Source: Planctomycetota bacterium (GTDB lineage Bacteria > Planctomycetota > UBA11346). Taken from it: DNA of 64,000 nucleotides. A model generated the notes under the pieces. The model did no database searches. It saw nothing but the letters and a program-made list of their open reading frames with translations, and was not told the origin of the DNA. Position 1 is the first letter of the stretch, and each line of letters starts with the position of its first letter. Below, piece after piece: positions 1-12,261 of the stretch. A program made the position numbers and the translations under genes. The stretch covers positions 1 to 64,000 of the forward strand of contig JBBRLJ010000028.1 in the NCBI GenBank assembly GCA_038231435.1, given 5' to 3'.

Positions 1-141
1 ACGACATTATCTTCAGCCAGCCTCGAACGATATTCCATCGCCGAGGCACTCATCGGAATCGGTTATCTCACCATCCGGAGCAGACGCATTCCTCAACCAC
101 TTTCGAAGATTTTTTTGTCAGAGATTGCCTAGGGGACACAC

Positions 142-1233
142 ATGGCGGTCTTCGTCAACAGCGAGGGTCTGCTCGTCACCGATCCGCGGCCGAAGTCCAG
201 GTCGAGCAGCATGGACATCACCGTGGAGGGCTTCATCCCCGGCCCGGCGACCGTGGATCCACGCGGCATCCCGCAAGCGTTGGCAGGGTATCGTCTGCTC
301 GAACGCCTCGGCGAAGGCGGCATGGGCGTGGTCTTCAAGGCCCACCACGCGACCCTCGATCGGCAAGCCGCCATGAAGGTGATGCGGCCCGAGCTGGCAC
401 AGAACGAACGCTTCGTGGCCCGCTTCCTGCGCGAGGCAAGGATCGCGGCGAAGATCGATCATCCCAATGTCGTCACCGTCTACGATGCCGGCGTGCAGGA
501 AGGCAGCCTGTTCATCGCGATGCGTTTCGTGCCCGGGGGCGATCTCGCGCAGGTGCTGCGCGACAAGGGCCCGATGCCTCAGCTGGATGCACTGGTGGTC
601 ATCGCGCGCTGTCTGATGGGCCTGCAAGCGATCAGCGACGGAGGCATGATCCATCGCGATATCAAACCGGCCAACATCCTGCTCGAGCTCGACGGCAGTC
701 CACGCCTCGCCGACCTCGGGCTCGCCAAGGGCGTCGAGATGGATGACCAGCTCAGCCAGGCCGGCAGCGTACAGGGCACGCCCTCGTTCATGTCGCCCGA
801 GCAGGCTCGCGGCAACGCCAATCTCGACGTGCGTAGTGACATCTATTCGCTCGGAGCCACCCTGTATGCGCTGTTGGCGGGCGTTCCGCCGTTCGCCGGG
901 GAATCGGCGTACGAGACCGTCTCGCACGTGCTCACCCGCGAGCCCGTGGCGCTGGCCAAGCGAGTGCCCGGGATCGCGCCCGAGGTCGACGCACTGGTGA
1001 TGCGTTCGCTGGCGAAGGATCCGGCCAACCGGCCGCAGACCCCCGAGGCCTTCATCGACGAGATCTCGGCCATCATCCCTCGGATCAGCACGTCGGTGGC
1101 CATGACAGCGAGCGGCAAATTGCGCACCCCGCTTCCCGAGGGATCGCGCGCATCCTCGGGCCGTCTCGATGCCAAGACCCGTTCCGGAGAGCACTGGCTC
1201 TCCCGCTGGCTGCATGGACGGGCGAAGCCATGA
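142..1233 (+). CDS. Cytoplasmic Hanks-type Ser/Thr protein kinase
   Basis: GEGGMGVV glycine loop, AMK lysine, HRDIKPAN, DLG, GTPSFMSPEQ, DIYSLG; no TM segment. Confidence 0.93.
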   Translation: MAVFVNSEGLLVTDPRPKSRSSSMDITVEGFIPGPATVDPRGIPQALAGYRLLERLGEGGMGVVFKAHHATLDRQAAMKVMRPELAQNERFVARFLREARIAAKIDHPNVVTVYDAGVQEGSLFIAMRFVPGGDLAQVLRDKGPMPQLDALVVIARCLMGLQAISDGGMIHRDIKPANILLELDGSPRLADLGLAKGVEMDDQLSQAGSVQGTPSFMSPEQARGNANLDVRSDIYSLGATLYALLAGVPPFAGESAYETVSHVLTREPVALAKRVPGIAPEVDALVMRSLAKDPANRPQTPEAFIDEISAIIPRISTSVAMTASGKLRTPLPEGSRASSGRLDAKTRSGEHWLSRWLHGRAKP

Positions 1234-1270
1234 TGCAGGCGACGGCACCGCCCCCATTTGGAAGGTGAGC

Positions 1271-2020
1271 ATGACCAATGAGGACAAGACGCAGAGCCGC
1301 ACAGACCGTCTCCGCCGCATGGCGGCGGTCGGATTCCTGACGCGCTCGTTCACGCACGAATTCAACAACGTCCTCGGCACGGTGCTCGGTTCTGCGCATC
1401 TGCTCGCGATGCGTACCGCCGATCCCGCACTCCAGACCCGGTTGACTGCCCTGGTCGCCGCGACCAAGCAGGCCATCGAGCTCAGTCGATCCCTGGGAGC
1501 GCTGGCGCTCGATCCGCGAGGCGGCGCGCGACGCGGGCTCGACGTGCACGCGTTGCTGCGTGCGCTTTCCGAGGCGACGGCTGAACCCGCCAGGGCGCCC
1601 ACCATGTCCCTGGATCCGCGCGCCAGCTCATGCCATGTGGATGGCGATGAAGGCTCGCTCGGCGAAGCTCTCGCCATCGTCGCCGAAGCCGTTGCGCGCG
1701 GAGTGGGCCGGACCCTCGTCTCGACCGCGAATTGCGGCCAGGTGTCATCGCGCGACACCGGAGATGGCATCGATCAGGGAGACGCCTGGCTGCGCATCAC
1801 CTTCGCTTGCGATGTTCCACCGCTGAGCGAGGCACGGCGGCAGGTCTTGATGCAACCGTTGTCGGCCTCTCCCGATGACGATGGCGCGGTGCTCCTGGCG
1901 GGTGCGATCGCCGTGATCCGCCAAGGGCGGGGGCGAGTCCTATCTCCGGAAGATGCGGCCAGGTCCGAGATCCAGGTCTTCTTGCCGACGGTCTCGGCGC
2001 CCAAGGCGGATGAAGAATGA
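1271..2020 (+). CDS. Histidine-kinase-like protein with intact H-box and degenerate ATPase domain
   Basis: FTHEFNNVLG H-box; N/G1/F/G2 boxes not recognisable; start chosen at ATG 1271. Confidence 0.65.
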   Translation: MTNEDKTQSRTDRLRRMAAVGFLTRSFTHEFNNVLGTVLGSAHLLAMRTADPALQTRLTALVAATKQAIELSRSLGALALDPRGGARRGLDVHALLRALSEATAEPARAPTMSLDPRASSCHVDGDEGSLGEALAIVAEAVARGVGRTLVSTANCGQVSSRDTGDGIDQGDAWLRITFACDVPPLSEARRQVLMQPLSASPDDDGAVLLAGAIAVIRQGRGRVLSPEDAARSEIQVFLPTVSAPKADEE

Positions 2021-2180
2021 CGAACGATCCATGACGGATGATCGGGGCCGCGAGGACAGGGAGATGCCCGCCTCTGATCGGCATTCCCGAGGGGATTGGC
2101 CGGGAGTTACGGCACGAGCGGTTATCCACGCCGGAACCCTCGATTCACCCTCCTGGAGAACGGCCTAAGGTCACGACCGC

Positions 2181-4043
2181 ATGTCCCCCGGCACCTCCTA
2201 TTCACGACTGTGGGTGATGGCCTGCGTCATCGCGAGCGCGCTCGTGAGTGCTCGCGCGCTGATCTCGTGGATGTCCTGGGACGCTCCGGTGGGCGATGTC
2301 GGACTCGATGTCGCCGCGTCGGTGCTCGCGTTGCTGCGCTCGACGCTGATCGCCGCAGTCACCTTATGGGCGGCGAGGCGCCTGCGGGCCCCCGGACGGA
2401 TCCTTTCGCTGGGTTGGTCCGCGATATGCGTAGGCCTGGTGCTCGGACTGATCGGAGACTGCTGGTGGACCTGGTTCCTGATCCGCGACGGCCATTTTCC
2501 CAGCGCATCGATCGCCGATTATTTCTTCCTCCCGATGTATCCGCTGCTGCTGGTCGGCTGCCTCTCACTGCCCGGCGCGCAGCGCCGGCGCGGAGAATTA
2601 CTGCCGCTGGCCTGCGAATTCTCCATCGTCCTGCTCGCCGCATTTTCGCTGCAGTGGGAGTGGTTCATCGCCCCGGCGATGGGCGGCTCGGACTCGGGAG
2701 CGGGCGGCGTTGGTAAGATCGCCAGCGTCGCCATCTATCCGCTCTGCGATCTGCTGGTGCTGTGGTCGATCTTGGTCGTGCTCTTCACCAGGCACGAACC
2801 GGCGCTGCTGACCGCTTGCAGGATCCTGGCGGTGGCTGGCATATGCCTGGTGGTGGCCGACACCGCGTACGGCATCCAGGTCGCATCCGGTACCTTCCGC
2901 TTCGCAGGATGGATCGGGATCCTGTGGATCACGTCGGGTTGCCTGGTCGGACTCGCCGCCATCCGCCAAGCCATGTCTGGGGTGATGACCATGCGGATGC
3001 CCGAGCAGACCTGCGCCAGGGCGACGTCCGACGGCCAGCGCACCTCGCATCGCGTGTACCTGCTGTGCATGGCCGGCGCCGGCGTTCTCACCGTGTGGTC
3101 GGCCACGGTGCGCGGTGAGCCGTCTCTGGTCCCCGATGTCATCTTGCTGGCGATGATCCTGCTGGTGCTGGCGCGCCTCGGACTCGAGATCGCGAGCACG
3201 GCGCGACTAGCCCGCGAGCTGCAATCGGTGAACCTGGATCTCGATCGACGCGTACAGCTGCGTACCGCCGAGCTGGTCGAGGTGAACGAACGATTGGTGA
3301 GCGGGATCGCCGAGAATCTCGAGCTCGAAGGCCAGCTTCGCCAGGCAGCGCGGGTCGAAGCGTTGGGCCGGCTCGCCGGCGGCATCGCCCATGACTTCAA
3401 CAACGTGCTGACAGTCATCAAAGGTTACGGCTCCCTGTTGCAGCATGCCCTGAAAGAACGGCCCGAGCAACAAGCGCAGATGCGCATGGTCCTTGGCGCC
3501 GTTGAGCACGCGTCCACGCTGACCGGCCAGCTGCTCTCCTTCGGGCGCACGTCCACGGCCGCGCCATGCGATCTCGATCCCGGACAGGTGGTGGTCGAGG
3601 TCGCGCAGATGCTCCAGCCGCTGCTGGGCCAGCGTGCGCGCCTGGAGGTCAGCCGCGATCCCGCCGCGGGACTCGTGCACATCGACCGCGGCCAATTGCA
3701 GCAGGTGCTGATGAACCTGGCCTTGAACGCGAGGGATGCGCTCATCGATGAAGGCCGCATCGAGATCGCGGTGGGCGAGGCCGCGTCCGCGGACTGCGCC
3801 GGCAGGCCTGGCCGCTTCGTGCGCGTCGCCGTCGCGGACAACGGTCGGGGCATGGACGAGGCCACTCGGGCGCGCATCTTCGAGCCATTCTTCACCACCA
3901 AGGCCGCCGGCAATGGCACGGGCCTCGGTCTCGCGACGGCGATCTCCATCGTCGAACATGCCGGCGGATGGATCGCCGTGGAGAGCAACCCCGGAAGGGG
4001 ATCGACGTTCGCGGTATTCCTGGCCCGGGTGGTGGAACAATAG
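2181..4043 (+). CDS. Multi-TM sensor histidine kinase
   Basis: Many hydrophobic helices, IAHDFNN, NLALNARDA, DNGRGM, FEPFFTTK, GTGLGL. Confidence 0.93.
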   Translation: MSPGTSYSRLWVMACVIASALVSARALISWMSWDAPVGDVGLDVAASVLALLRSTLIAAVTLWAARRLRAPGRILSLGWSAICVGLVLGLIGDCWWTWFLIRDGHFPSASIADYFFLPMYPLLLVGCLSLPGAQRRRGELLPLACEFSIVLLAAFSLQWEWFIAPAMGGSDSGAGGVGKIASVAIYPLCDLLVLWSILVVLFTRHEPALLTACRILAVAGICLVVADTAYGIQVASGTFRFAGWIGILWITSGCLVGLAAIRQAMSGVMTMRMPEQTCARATSDGQRTSHRVYLLCMAGAGVLTVWSATVRGEPSLVPDVILLAMILLVLARLGLEIASTARLARELQSVNLDLDRRVQLRTAELVEVNERLVSGIAENLELEGQLRQAARVEALGRLAGGIAHDFNNVLTVIKGYGSLLQHALKERPEQQAQMRMVLGAVEHASTLTGQLLSFGRTSTAAPCDLDPGQVVVEVAQMLQPLLGQRARLEVSRDPAAGLVHIDRGQLQQVLMNLALNARDALIDEGRIEIAVGEAASADCAGRPGRFVRVAVADNGRGMDEATRARIFEPFFTTKAAGNGTGLGLATAISIVEHAGGWIAVESNPGRGSTFAVFLARVVEQ

Positions 4044-4130
4044 GGACTGACGTCGGCCCAACCTGGTGTCCAGCCAGGATGACCGACGTTCGCAACCGGG
4101 ATGCAACCGCCCGGCGTCAGGTCCGCATCG

Positions 4131-4544
4131 CTACTTGGTCACTTTCAAGGCCACCACCCCCTCGACGGCGATGCTGGCGCTGACATAGCCGATGGCGCCA
4201 GGTGTCTTCTTTACCAGGTCGATCATCTCCTGGTCGTCCTTCGCCTCGGCCGGGGGCGACCCCTTGCCAGTGAACACGATGCGCTTCCAGGCTGCAGAAA
4301 ACGAAGCCGAGGTCTTGTCCAGATAGCGGACCAGGAAAGTCTCGGTCTCGTCGGAGTTGGCGTTGGTCAGCACCACGGCCTTGGTGCCGTCGCGCCACTT
4401 GGTCTTCTTCCCGAGGTAGAAGTCCGCGAGATCGTCGCTGCTGACCGTGGTGGTCGTGCAGTCCTTGTTGGCGATGACCTGCACGTCGGCCGCGACGCAC
4501 GGCATGGTGGCGACCAGCAGCATGAAGAGCGATTGTTGGAGCAT
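4131..4544 (-). CDS. Small periplasmic binding-like protein (phosphate ABC substrate-binding-like family)
   Basis: Signal peptide; FYLGKK..W.DG, W.R.VFTGKG.PP, PGAIGYV motifs. Confidence 0.8.
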   Translation of the reverse strand: MLQQSLFMLLVATMPCVAADVQVIANKDCTTTTVSSDDLADFYLGKKTKWRDGTKAVVLTNANSDETETFLVRYLDKTSASFSAAWKRIVFTGKGSPPAEAKDDQEMIDLVKKTPGAIGYVSASIAVEGVVALKVTK

Positions 4545-4554
4545 GGGTTCCCGA

Positions 4555-5748
4555 TCAGAAGCTGACGGTGGTTTTGAGGGCGAGCAGCATGGTGTCGTTC
4601 GTGAAACCATCGGGATTGTCCTGGGCGAACATCTGCGTGTAGCCGGTGATGTAGTGGCCCTCGGCCTTGATCGTCCAGTTGTCGAGCGGGTCGTAACGCA
4701 GGCTGAGGCTAGCGTCGTGCTGGAATCCGTCCTTCGGATTGGCGTATGTCCTGGCGAGGTGGTCGGTGCGATTGTTGTAGAATTCGCCATAGGTTGCGGC
4801 GATCTGCAGCTGCTGCGTCACCTGGTAGGCCACCTGCCCATACCAGCCACCCCAGCGGGTCGTGCCTGTCGATCCAGCGATGTCGTAGTCGAGATCCCAC
4901 AGCGTGAACTCTCCGGCAACGCGGAGACGGTCGTGCGCATATTCGCCACCCATCACCATGTTCCGTCCGCGGTCGACCGACAATGATGCTGCCACCGGGA
5001 CGGGCGCGAAGCCGATCAGGTCGCCGTGCGCCACCAGATGGTCGAACTGCAGGTAGCTGGCATCGAGCCGCAAGCCGTGAAGAGGCGTCTCCCAGATGAC
5101 GCTCCCTCCGTACATGCGGCCGAGCGTCACGTGATCGGTGCGGAAGTCGGTGGTCGACGTGTAGACGGCGTTGCGCATGAACTCCGCGACCGAGCCGTCG
5201 CGCTCGAGCGTCTTGGTGCCCAGGAAGCCTTCGTACTCGAGGGCGCCGAGACGGCCGAGCGAGAAGGTGCCGTATACCGAGGCGCCCTCGACCGAGACCA
5301 GGAAATCGCGCAGCCGCTGATCGTACACCGATTGCGGCAACAGGATGGTGGGATTGGCGAGATCGAGATCGAAGTACTCGTTGTAGAGCCCGCGTGCCAC
5401 CTTGACCTGTCCGACGCGAAAGCCCAACTCATCGCGCCAGTGGTAGTCGAAGTATCCCCAGTCGATACCGACGCGGTTGTTGCCGATACCGCCGAGATCG
5501 CGGGCGAACAGCTGCACACCCACCCTCAGATCTGGGGTCAGCTGCGATTGGAAGTTCAGTGCGGCCTCGTCGAAGGCGAAGGATCCGCTCTGAGTATCGC
5601 CGAGGTAATTGTTGCTGCTGGTCTTCAGATAGCCCTGGCTCACGAAGCCGTGAATATCCACCTTGGGGGCATCGGCTCCGCATGCCGCGATTGCGAGAAG
5701 GCACGGAGCGCATGTGCGCACGAGCCCGATGGAAGTTGTCATGATCAT
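4555..5748 (-). CDS. Outer-membrane beta-barrel/porin-like protein
   Basis: Signal peptide, IHGFVSQG, amphipathic strands, C-terminal Phe (KTTVSF); start uncertain (5742/5748). Confidence 0.8.
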   Translation of the reverse strand: MIMTTSIGLVRTCAPCLLAIAACGADAPKVDIHGFVSQGYLKTSSNNYLGDTQSGSFAFDEAALNFQSQLTPDLRVGVQLFARDLGGIGNNRVGIDWGYFDYHWRDELGFRVGQVKVARGLYNEYFDLDLANPTILLPQSVYDQRLRDFLVSVEGASVYGTFSLGRLGALEYEGFLGTKTLERDGSVAEFMRNAVYTSTTDFRTDHVTLGRMYGGSVIWETPLHGLRLDASYLQFDHLVAHGDLIGFAPVPVAASLSVDRGRNMVMGGEYAHDRLRVAGEFTLWDLDYDIAGSTGTTRWGGWYGQVAYQVTQQLQIAATYGEFYNNRTDHLARTYANPKDGFQHDASLSLRYDPLDNWTIKAEGHYITGYTQMFAQDNPDGFTNDTMLLALKTTVSF

Positions 5749-6075
5749 GTCCTTGAGAGGCTTGTTGGGTGGGACTGGAAACACCTGTTTCGTATTGCGC
5801 GGCGCGTGCCAATCCGCGACCGCTCAATCGTACGGGAATTAGCGATAAGCACGGCATTCGCGCACGATCCTGCTGTCGACGCTGACCACCATGTCATGGG
5901 GATGACCTGGAGAGCACGAAGCGCACGAAGGCCGCTGGGATTGGACGAGGATGACTGATGGATGCGGGATGAGCGACGCATAACGAAACGCGGCATCGTC
6001 CGCGCGGGCGGCGGCCGACGCCGTTCCCGCGGAGTAGCGCGACGAGACCGCGGGTTACGTCTAGCGCGGAGCTTC

Positions 6076-8304
6076 CTAGATCGCGGCGATGACTTCCAAG
6101 CGATGCGCCTTGCCGGCGTCGCGAGCGCCCCCGCCCGTACCGTCCGCCGACACGACCACGAACCTGTCGATCAGCATCTGCAGCCGCTGGGCCTGCGCGG
6201 ACATCTCTTCGGCGCTGGCCGCCATCTCCTCTGCGCTTCCGGAATTCTCATCGGTCACCATCGCCACGCCCGCCATGGCCTTGGATACCCGATCGGCGAT
6301 GAGCGACTGATCGACGGTCGATTTGGTGATGCCACGCAGGCTGTCGGCGGTCGCGCGGATGCCCGAGCTCATCTCGGCCAGCGCTTCAGCGACCTCGGCG
6401 GAGAGCCGTTGGCCGTCGTCGACGCGACGCGTCTCCTCCTCGATCAATCGGGATATCTCGCTGGTAGCCTGGGAGCTCCGTTCGGCGAGGCGGCGGACCT
6501 CGTCCGCGACCACGGCGAATCCGAGGCCGTGCTCGCCGGCGCTGGCGGCTTCGATCGCAGCGTTCAGGGCCAGCAGGTTGGTCTGGCTGGCGATCGATCC
6601 GATCACGGTGATGATCTTTCGAATGTTGTTGGATGAGTCGTGGATCTGCTTCATGCCGATGAGGGAGCGCTCGACGGCGATCGCGCCGCGGTTGGCGAAT
6701 GCGAGCGTGCGGCTGGCGATGCCATCGGCCCCCTCGCTCGCTACCGCCACCTCGCGCACCGAGTCCACCAGCGACCGCAGCGAGGTGCTGATGCTTTCGA
6801 CATCGGTCGCCTGCTGCTGGGCGCCGCGGCTGATGGTTTGGGCCGATGCGGACAGTTCTTCACTGGAGGCCGCGGTCGAAGTGGCCGAGGCGCCGATGTC
6901 CTTCACCACGCCATTCAGGTCGGCGACCATGTGGTTGAGCGAACGACCCATGTCCGCCAGCTCATCGTCGCCCACAGAATCGATCCGCACGGTGAGGTCG
7001 CCATTGGCGACGCGATCGATCGCCGATGCCACCGCGCGCGTCGGCTTCACCACCATGCGCGTCATGGATGACGCCACGATCAGACTCAGGGATAGCGTCA
7101 ACAGACCCACCGCGCCGTCGATGCGGAGGATCCACGAGGCTCGCGCCCCGACCGCGGTAGCTCCGGCAGAGAGCTGCTGCTTGGCCGTCTCGTGGAGTCC
7201 GTCCATGATCGGCTGCATCGCTCTCGCCACGGATTGCAGGGTGTCGCCGCGCGCGGCGATGGTCGCATCGATCGCGACCAGGTCGGCGAAGCCGTCGAGG
7301 TATCCCTTCAGCGCTTCGGCGAGCGTATGCTTGTCGGCATCGGGGATCGCCGATGCGTCGATGGAATCTGAGATGCCCTCGGCAGAGACCCGCAGGTCGC
7401 GCGCGGCATTGGCGGCGTGATCGAGACGGTATTCGCTCTCGTGGCGGCACATCTCTTGGAACTGCACCTCGAGATCCGGCACGTAGATCGAGCCCAGCGA
7501 GGCGCTGAGCGCGCGCGCGGGCCCGGCATCGAGAGCCGCCCATGCGGCGCGCCCTGCGGGAGCTTGTCCGCCACCGACAGCCTGGCCCCCCACGATGCAG
7601 GCATCGCGGGTGCGGCGATAGTCCTCGAGCTGTTCGCGCAATCTGGCCGCGGTGTCGGCGGCGTGATGCGACGCCTTGCCATACATGCCGACGAGCAGCG
7701 AGAGCTTGTCGAGTTCGTGATTCCACCGTTCGAGCCGCTCGGGGTTGGGATCTGCTGCATACTCGCTGCGGGCCTCGAGGATCTGCAGGTTAGTGAGGCC
7801 GAGTTCTCCGGCGGCATTCTCCTGGACGCGCTCGGCGAGCCGGTCTACGGCGGTGCGGAAGCGCGCCCGGATCCCCTGATCCAGGGTCAGGCCGCGTTCC
7901 TGGCAGGCGGCCGCGAGTTCGTCGAAGGCGTCGGCATGGCCCTGGGCCATGGCGGCGAGTTTCTCTATGGCGGCGAGGGATTCGCGATGCCCGTGAGCAT
8001 GCGCGACCTCACGCATGCCGACGATGTCCTCGGCCAAGTGCACCCCTGCGCTGCGAACCTGCTGCGCGACAGCGGGATCGGCATGGCCGAGGAAGTCGTC
8101 CTCGCAGCGCCGCTCCACCTGCAGCCAGGCCGATGAGTCGAGCGCCAGCAGCGCGATGCGGTTTTCATCACCGAGCAGGTTGGTGAATCCCGAGGTGGAG
8201 TTGCGGGCTGTCCAGATCCCCGCGCCGATGCAGCCGGCCATCAGCGAAGTGACGGCTCCGAAGCCCACCAGCATTTTTCGCGCGATGACCGCCATGTTAT
8301 TCAA
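6076..8304 (-). CDS. Methyl-accepting chemotaxis protein
   Basis: 2 TMs, large periplasmic helical domain, [36 protein letters not shown]. Confidence 0.95.
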   Translation of the reverse strand: MNNMAVIARKMLVGFGAVTSLMAGCIGAGIWTARNSTSGFTNLLGDENRIALLALDSSAWLQVERRCEDDFLGHADPAVAQQVRSAGVHLAEDIVGMREVAHAHGHRESLAAIEKLAAMAQGHADAFDELAAACQERGLTLDQGIRARFRTAVDRLAERVQENAAGELGLTNLQILEARSEYAADPNPERLERWNHELDKLSLLVGMYGKASHHAADTAARLREQLEDYRRTRDACIVGGQAVGGGQAPAGRAAWAALDAGPARALSASLGSIYVPDLEVQFQEMCRHESEYRLDHAANAARDLRVSAEGISDSIDASAIPDADKHTLAEALKGYLDGFADLVAIDATIAARGDTLQSVARAMQPIMDGLHETAKQQLSAGATAVGARASWILRIDGAVGLLTLSLSLIVASSMTRMVVKPTRAVASAIDRVANGDLTVRIDSVGDDELADMGRSLNHMVADLNGVVKDIGASATSTAASSEELSASAQTISRGAQQQATDVESISTSLRSLVDSVREVAVASEGADGIASRTLAFANRGAIAVERSLIGMKQIHDSSNNIRKIITVIGSIASQTNLLALNAAIEAASAGEHGLGFAVVADEVRRLAERSSQATSEISRLIEEETRRVDDGQRLSAEVAEALAEMSSGIRATADSLRGITKSTVDQSLIADRVSKAMAGVAMVTDENSGSAEEMAASAEEMSAQAQRLQMLIDRFVVVSADGTGGGARDAGKAHRLEVIAAI

Positions 8305-8362
8305 GCCTCTTCATTGGACTACGGGCAGGCGCGAAGCGCTGGATCTTTCAGCGTGGCACGGC

Positions 8363-10630
8363 TCACGCATGGTAGAGAGCGCCTGCCGCGGTCATGGTTC
8401 CGCCCTGGTCGGCATCCATCGCCTTGTGAGCGGGTTTCGCCACCGTGGCGTGGCTCCTGGCCACCTGTGCACGCGCGGCCGGGCGCGCGGGCTCGGGTCC
8501 GTCCTGATCCTCGGTGGTGAAGCGCTCGACCAGCATCTGCAGGCGCTGCGCCTGGGCCGACAACTCCTCGGCGCTGGCCGCCATCTCCTCGGCGCTGCCT
8601 GAGTTCTCCTCGGTGACCGCGGAGACTCCCTCCATCGCCGAGGATACCTGCTCGGCCATGACCGTCTGCTCGGATGCCGACTTGGTGATGGTACGCAGGC
8701 TGGTCGCGGTCGATTGGATTCCCGAGACGATGTCGGTGAGCGCCTTGCCCACTTCGGACGAGAATCGCTGCCCATCATCGACGCGCTGGGCCTCCTCCTC
8801 GATGAGCTGGGTGATCTCCGCCGCCGCCTGGCTGCTGCGCTCGGCGAGCTTCCGCACCTCGTCGGCGACCACGGCGAATCCGAGTCCGTGCTCGCCGGCG
8901 CTGGCGGCCTCGATCGCCGCGTTCAGCGCGAGCAGGTTGGTCTGGTTCGCGATCTCGCCAATGACGTTGATGATCTTCTTGATGTGCTTCGATGAATCGT
9001 GGATCTGCTTCATGCCCGCGATCGAGCGATCGACGGTGGAGGTCCCCTGTCCCGCCAGCTCCATGGTTTTGGCGGCCATGGAGTCGGCCCCCACGCTGCT
9101 CTGGGCGACGGCGCGGACGGTGTCGACGAGCGATTGCAGCGAGGAGCTGATCTCCTCGACGTTGCTCGCCTGCTGCTGCGCTCCACGGCTGATGGTCTGC
9201 GCCGATGCCGAGAGCTCCTCGCTCGAGGCGGCGGTGGCGGTGGCCGAGACGCGGATCTCCTTCACCACCTGATGCAGATCTCCGACCATGGCGTTGAGCG
9301 AGCGGCCCATGCCGCCGATCTCGTCGGCGCCGGTGGACTCTATGCGTACCGTCAAATCGCCTCGCGACACCCGGTCGATGGCGCCGGCCATGGCCCTCAC
9401 CGGATTGACGATCATGCGCGTGATGATCACCGCGACCGCGATGCCCAGGCCCACCACCACCAGGCCGAAGATCATGTCCACCCAGGCGATGGATCCGGCA
9501 TGGGCGGTGACGTCGCCGGCTCCATGCTCCAGCGCGGTCTTGGCGTCGTCGTGGAGCTTGTCCATGATCGGCTCCATGGCATGCGCGGCGTCGCGCAGAA
9601 GCTCGATGTGCTGCTTTTCCGAACTGTCCACGGCCACCAACTTCGTAAAAGCCCCGATGAATTCCTCAAAATCCTTGCCGTGGGTGCGCTTGTCCTCGTC
9701 GGTCAGCGCCGAGGACGCGATCACGCGGCGCACGCCGTCGACGATCTCCGTCACCGCCTTCGCATGCGCCTCGTTCGGCGCTAGCCTGTACTCGGCCAGC
9801 CGCAGCAGCATGGTCTCGTCCGCGGCTTCGATTCCAGGAATGTAGACGGTCGAGATGATCTGGTCGATCGCCCGCGCGGAGGCAGCGAACTGCTGGATGC
9901 GAGCCTCTCGCCCCTTGGCGTCATCGCCGGATTCCGCTGCCTTGATGCTCGCGTCGTGATGGCGGCGGTACTCGGCGAGCTGCTCGCGCAGGCGCTTGGC
10001 CATCTCGGCGGCTTCACCCGACAGCTTGGCGTAGGCATCGATTCCGGCGGAGCACTCGCTCCACGCGCGGGCCCAGGCGTTTCCAGCCTGATCCCCCTCA
10101 CCTTCGTGCGCCCGCAGCTGGAGGAACTGGACGTAGACGGATCCGATGGCGTTGTCCTGCAGATGCTCGGTCAGACTCGACATGGCGCTATCGAGCCGGC
10201 CGGCCAGGCCCGAGTCGGAGGTCAGGCCGCGCTCCTGGGCACCCGCGACCACCGCCGCGAATTCATTGCGGTAGGTCTTCGAGAGGTCGAGGAGTTGCTT
10301 GCCTAGAATCGCGAGGTCCTCGTGATGGCGCGCCGAGGAGATCTCGATCACCGCCTCGATGTCGCTGGTCAGGCGGGAAAATGCTTCATCCACCAGCTTG
10401 ACGTACTTCATGTCACTGCGCATGAGGAAATCCTTCTCCGACCTGCGCTCCTGCAGCAGCGCCGCCTTGGCGTCGACCGCCAGCAGCGCGGTGCGATTCT
10501 CGTCGGCGAGCAGCCCTGCGAATCCGGATGTCGCGCTGTGGGTGGCCCAGATGCCAGCGCCGATGGCCGAGGCCATGAGCAATGTCACGCTCCCGAATCC
10601 GAGCGTCATTTTCGTTCCGATGGTGGTCAT
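8363..10630 (-). CDS. Methyl-accepting chemotaxis protein (paralog of neighbour)
   Basis: Same architecture; [17 protein letters not shown] hairpin motif. Confidence 0.95.
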   Translation of the reverse strand: MTTIGTKMTLGFGSVTLLMASAIGAGIWATHSATSGFAGLLADENRTALLAVDAKAALLQERRSEKDFLMRSDMKYVKLVDEAFSRLTSDIEAVIEISSARHHEDLAILGKQLLDLSKTYRNEFAAVVAGAQERGLTSDSGLAGRLDSAMSSLTEHLQDNAIGSVYVQFLQLRAHEGEGDQAGNAWARAWSECSAGIDAYAKLSGEAAEMAKRLREQLAEYRRHHDASIKAAESGDDAKGREARIQQFAASARAIDQIISTVYIPGIEAADETMLLRLAEYRLAPNEAHAKAVTEIVDGVRRVIASSALTDEDKRTHGKDFEEFIGAFTKLVAVDSSEKQHIELLRDAAHAMEPIMDKLHDDAKTALEHGAGDVTAHAGSIAWVDMIFGLVVVGLGIAVAVIITRMIVNPVRAMAGAIDRVSRGDLTVRIESTGADEIGGMGRSLNAMVGDLHQVVKEIRVSATATAASSEELSASAQTISRGAQQQASNVEEISSSLQSLVDTVRAVAQSSVGADSMAAKTMELAGQGTSTVDRSIAGMKQIHDSSKHIKKIINVIGEIANQTNLLALNAAIEAASAGEHGLGFAVVADEVRKLAERSSQAAAEITQLIEEEAQRVDDGQRFSSEVGKALTDIVSGIQSTATSLRTITKSASEQTVMAEQVSSAMEGVSAVTEENSGSAEEMAASAEELSAQAQRLQMLVERFTTEDQDGPEPARPAARAQVARSHATVAKPAHKAMDADQGGTMTAAGALYHA

Positions 10631-11184
10631 GGCTGTCCCTTGTCATGGCTGGTGGCGTTGAAGGTTGTGGCGGCGGTGGCGGTGGCGACGTGATCGGTAG
10701 CGGTCTCGTTGGCTGAACGATCGCCCGCCGCGATGTCGATGATGGTCATCAGGCGACCGTCGATCGCGGCAATGCCGATGATCTGCTCGCGCGCCCTGGT
10801 GGTGATCGTCTGCGGTGGCTGTTTGATGTCGGACCTGGGTATCTTCATCACCTGGTGGACCTCGTCGACGATGAAGCCGACGACGCCGGTGAGGAGGCGA
10901 CAGACGAGGATCTGCTGCTGCTCGGGCGGCGTGCCGCCGACGTTCAGGCGCCGCCTGAGGTCGATGATAGGGATGATGGTGCCGCGGAGATTGTAGATGC
11001 CGACGATGTCATCCGGCATCTCGAAGGATCTCGCGATGTCCTGGCAGAGGATGACCTCCTGGACCTGCGCGATCGGAACGGCGTAGCGCTCCCCCTGCAG
11101 GCTGAAGGTCACCACCTGGAGGACCATCGAGGCCGCGCGCTTCGCGAAGCTGGCGGTTCCGGTATTTTCCTGGTTCGTGCGCAT
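10627..11184 (-). CDS. cheW: Chemotaxis adaptor CheW
   Basis: [38 protein letters not shown]; 4-bp overlap with MCP. Confidence 0.92.
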   Translation of the reverse strand: MRTNQENTGTASFAKRAASMVLQVVTFSLQGERYAVPIAQVQEVILCQDIARSFEMPDDIVGIYNLRGTIIPIIDLRRRLNVGGTPPEQQQILVCRLLTGVVGFIVDEVHQVMKIPRSDIKQPPQTITTRAREQIIGIAAIDGRLMTIIDIAAGDRSANETATDHVATATAATTFNATSHDKGQP

Positions 11185-11382
11185 GGGGTCTCCGTTCCCC
11201 CATCATCACATTCCGTGCCAATGCGCTCCGACCGGAGTTTTCCGCTCCAGGGCTCGCGAGGCGAAAGCGCCTGACCGTAAGGTCAGGCCGCCTGACCTGT
11301 GCAGCACCCGGAGTCGGACAACAGCTGCATCGCCGCCAGGACGGGTGGCAATGCCTTGGCACGGGGTTTGTTATGCATCGGA

Positions 11383-12198
11383 ATGGATTGCCCGGAAACC
11401 CGTGTGCTCGCCGACCTCCACCTGCGTCTGTTCCAGGAGCTCGCCTACCGGATGGCCGGCATCAGGATAGCCGACAGCAAGCGCCTGCTCGTGCAGACAC
11501 GCCTGGCGAAACGGCTACGCGCGAGGTCCGTCGCCGACTTCGGCCAGTACCATGCGCTGATCATGCAGCCGCACGAGGCCGCGGAGCTGCAGCTGTGCCT
11601 CAACGCCCTGACCACCAACGAGACCTTCTTCTTCCGCCACAAGCCGCAGTGGGACTACATCGTCGAGCAGGTCTTCCCGCGTTGGCGCGCCGCGCAACGC
11701 ACCCCGCGGATGTGGAGCGCCGCCTGCTCGACGGGCGAGGAGCCGTATTCGCTCGCGATCCTGCTGCGCGAAAGCCTTTCCGAGCGCGAAGCGGTGATCG
11801 ACGCCACCGACATCAATGACGCCGTGTTGCGGGTGGCCCAGGCCGGCACCTACGGCGCCTACGGCGTGCAGAAGGCTTCGCCCGCGTGCATCACGAAATA
11901 TTTCCAACGGCTCGACCAAGATCGCTGGCGCCTGGTCGATGATGTCCGCGGCCGGGTCCGCTTCCGCCAGGCCAACCTGCTCGAGACCGGCCACGGTCCC
12001 GCCTACGACCTGGTCATGCTGCGCAACGTCCTCATCTATTTCGATGAGCCGAGCAAGGCTCGGGCGCTCGATGTGGTCGGTCGACGCATCGCCGAGGGCG
12101 GCTGGCTGGTGCTGGGCGGCGCCGAGAGTCTCGGCTCGCGCTGCCCGGGATTCACCTACGTCGCTCCCGGCATCTACCAGAAGGGTTTCGATGCCTGA
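11383..12198 (+). CDS. cheR: Chemotaxis methyltransferase CheR
   Basis: LTTNETFFFR, WSAACSTGEEPYSLA, ATDIN, RNVLIYFD; start uncertain. Confidence 0.93.
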   Translation: MDCPETRVLADLHLRLFQELAYRMAGIRIADSKRLLVQTRLAKRLRARSVADFGQYHALIMQPHEAAELQLCLNALTTNETFFFRHKPQWDYIVEQVFPRWRAAQRTPRMWSAACSTGEEPYSLAILLRESLSEREAVIDATDINDAVLRVAQAGTYGAYGVQKASPACITKYFQRLDQDRWRLVDDVRGRVRFRQANLLETGHGPAYDLVMLRNVLIYFDEPSKARALDVVGRRIAEGGWLVLGGAESLGSRCPGFTYVAPGIYQKGFDA

Positions 12199-12261
12199 TC
12201 GCACCATCCCCTGCGCATGCGGCCTGCGTAGGCCGCTCGCCGCGCTGCCCTTATCCCCGAC

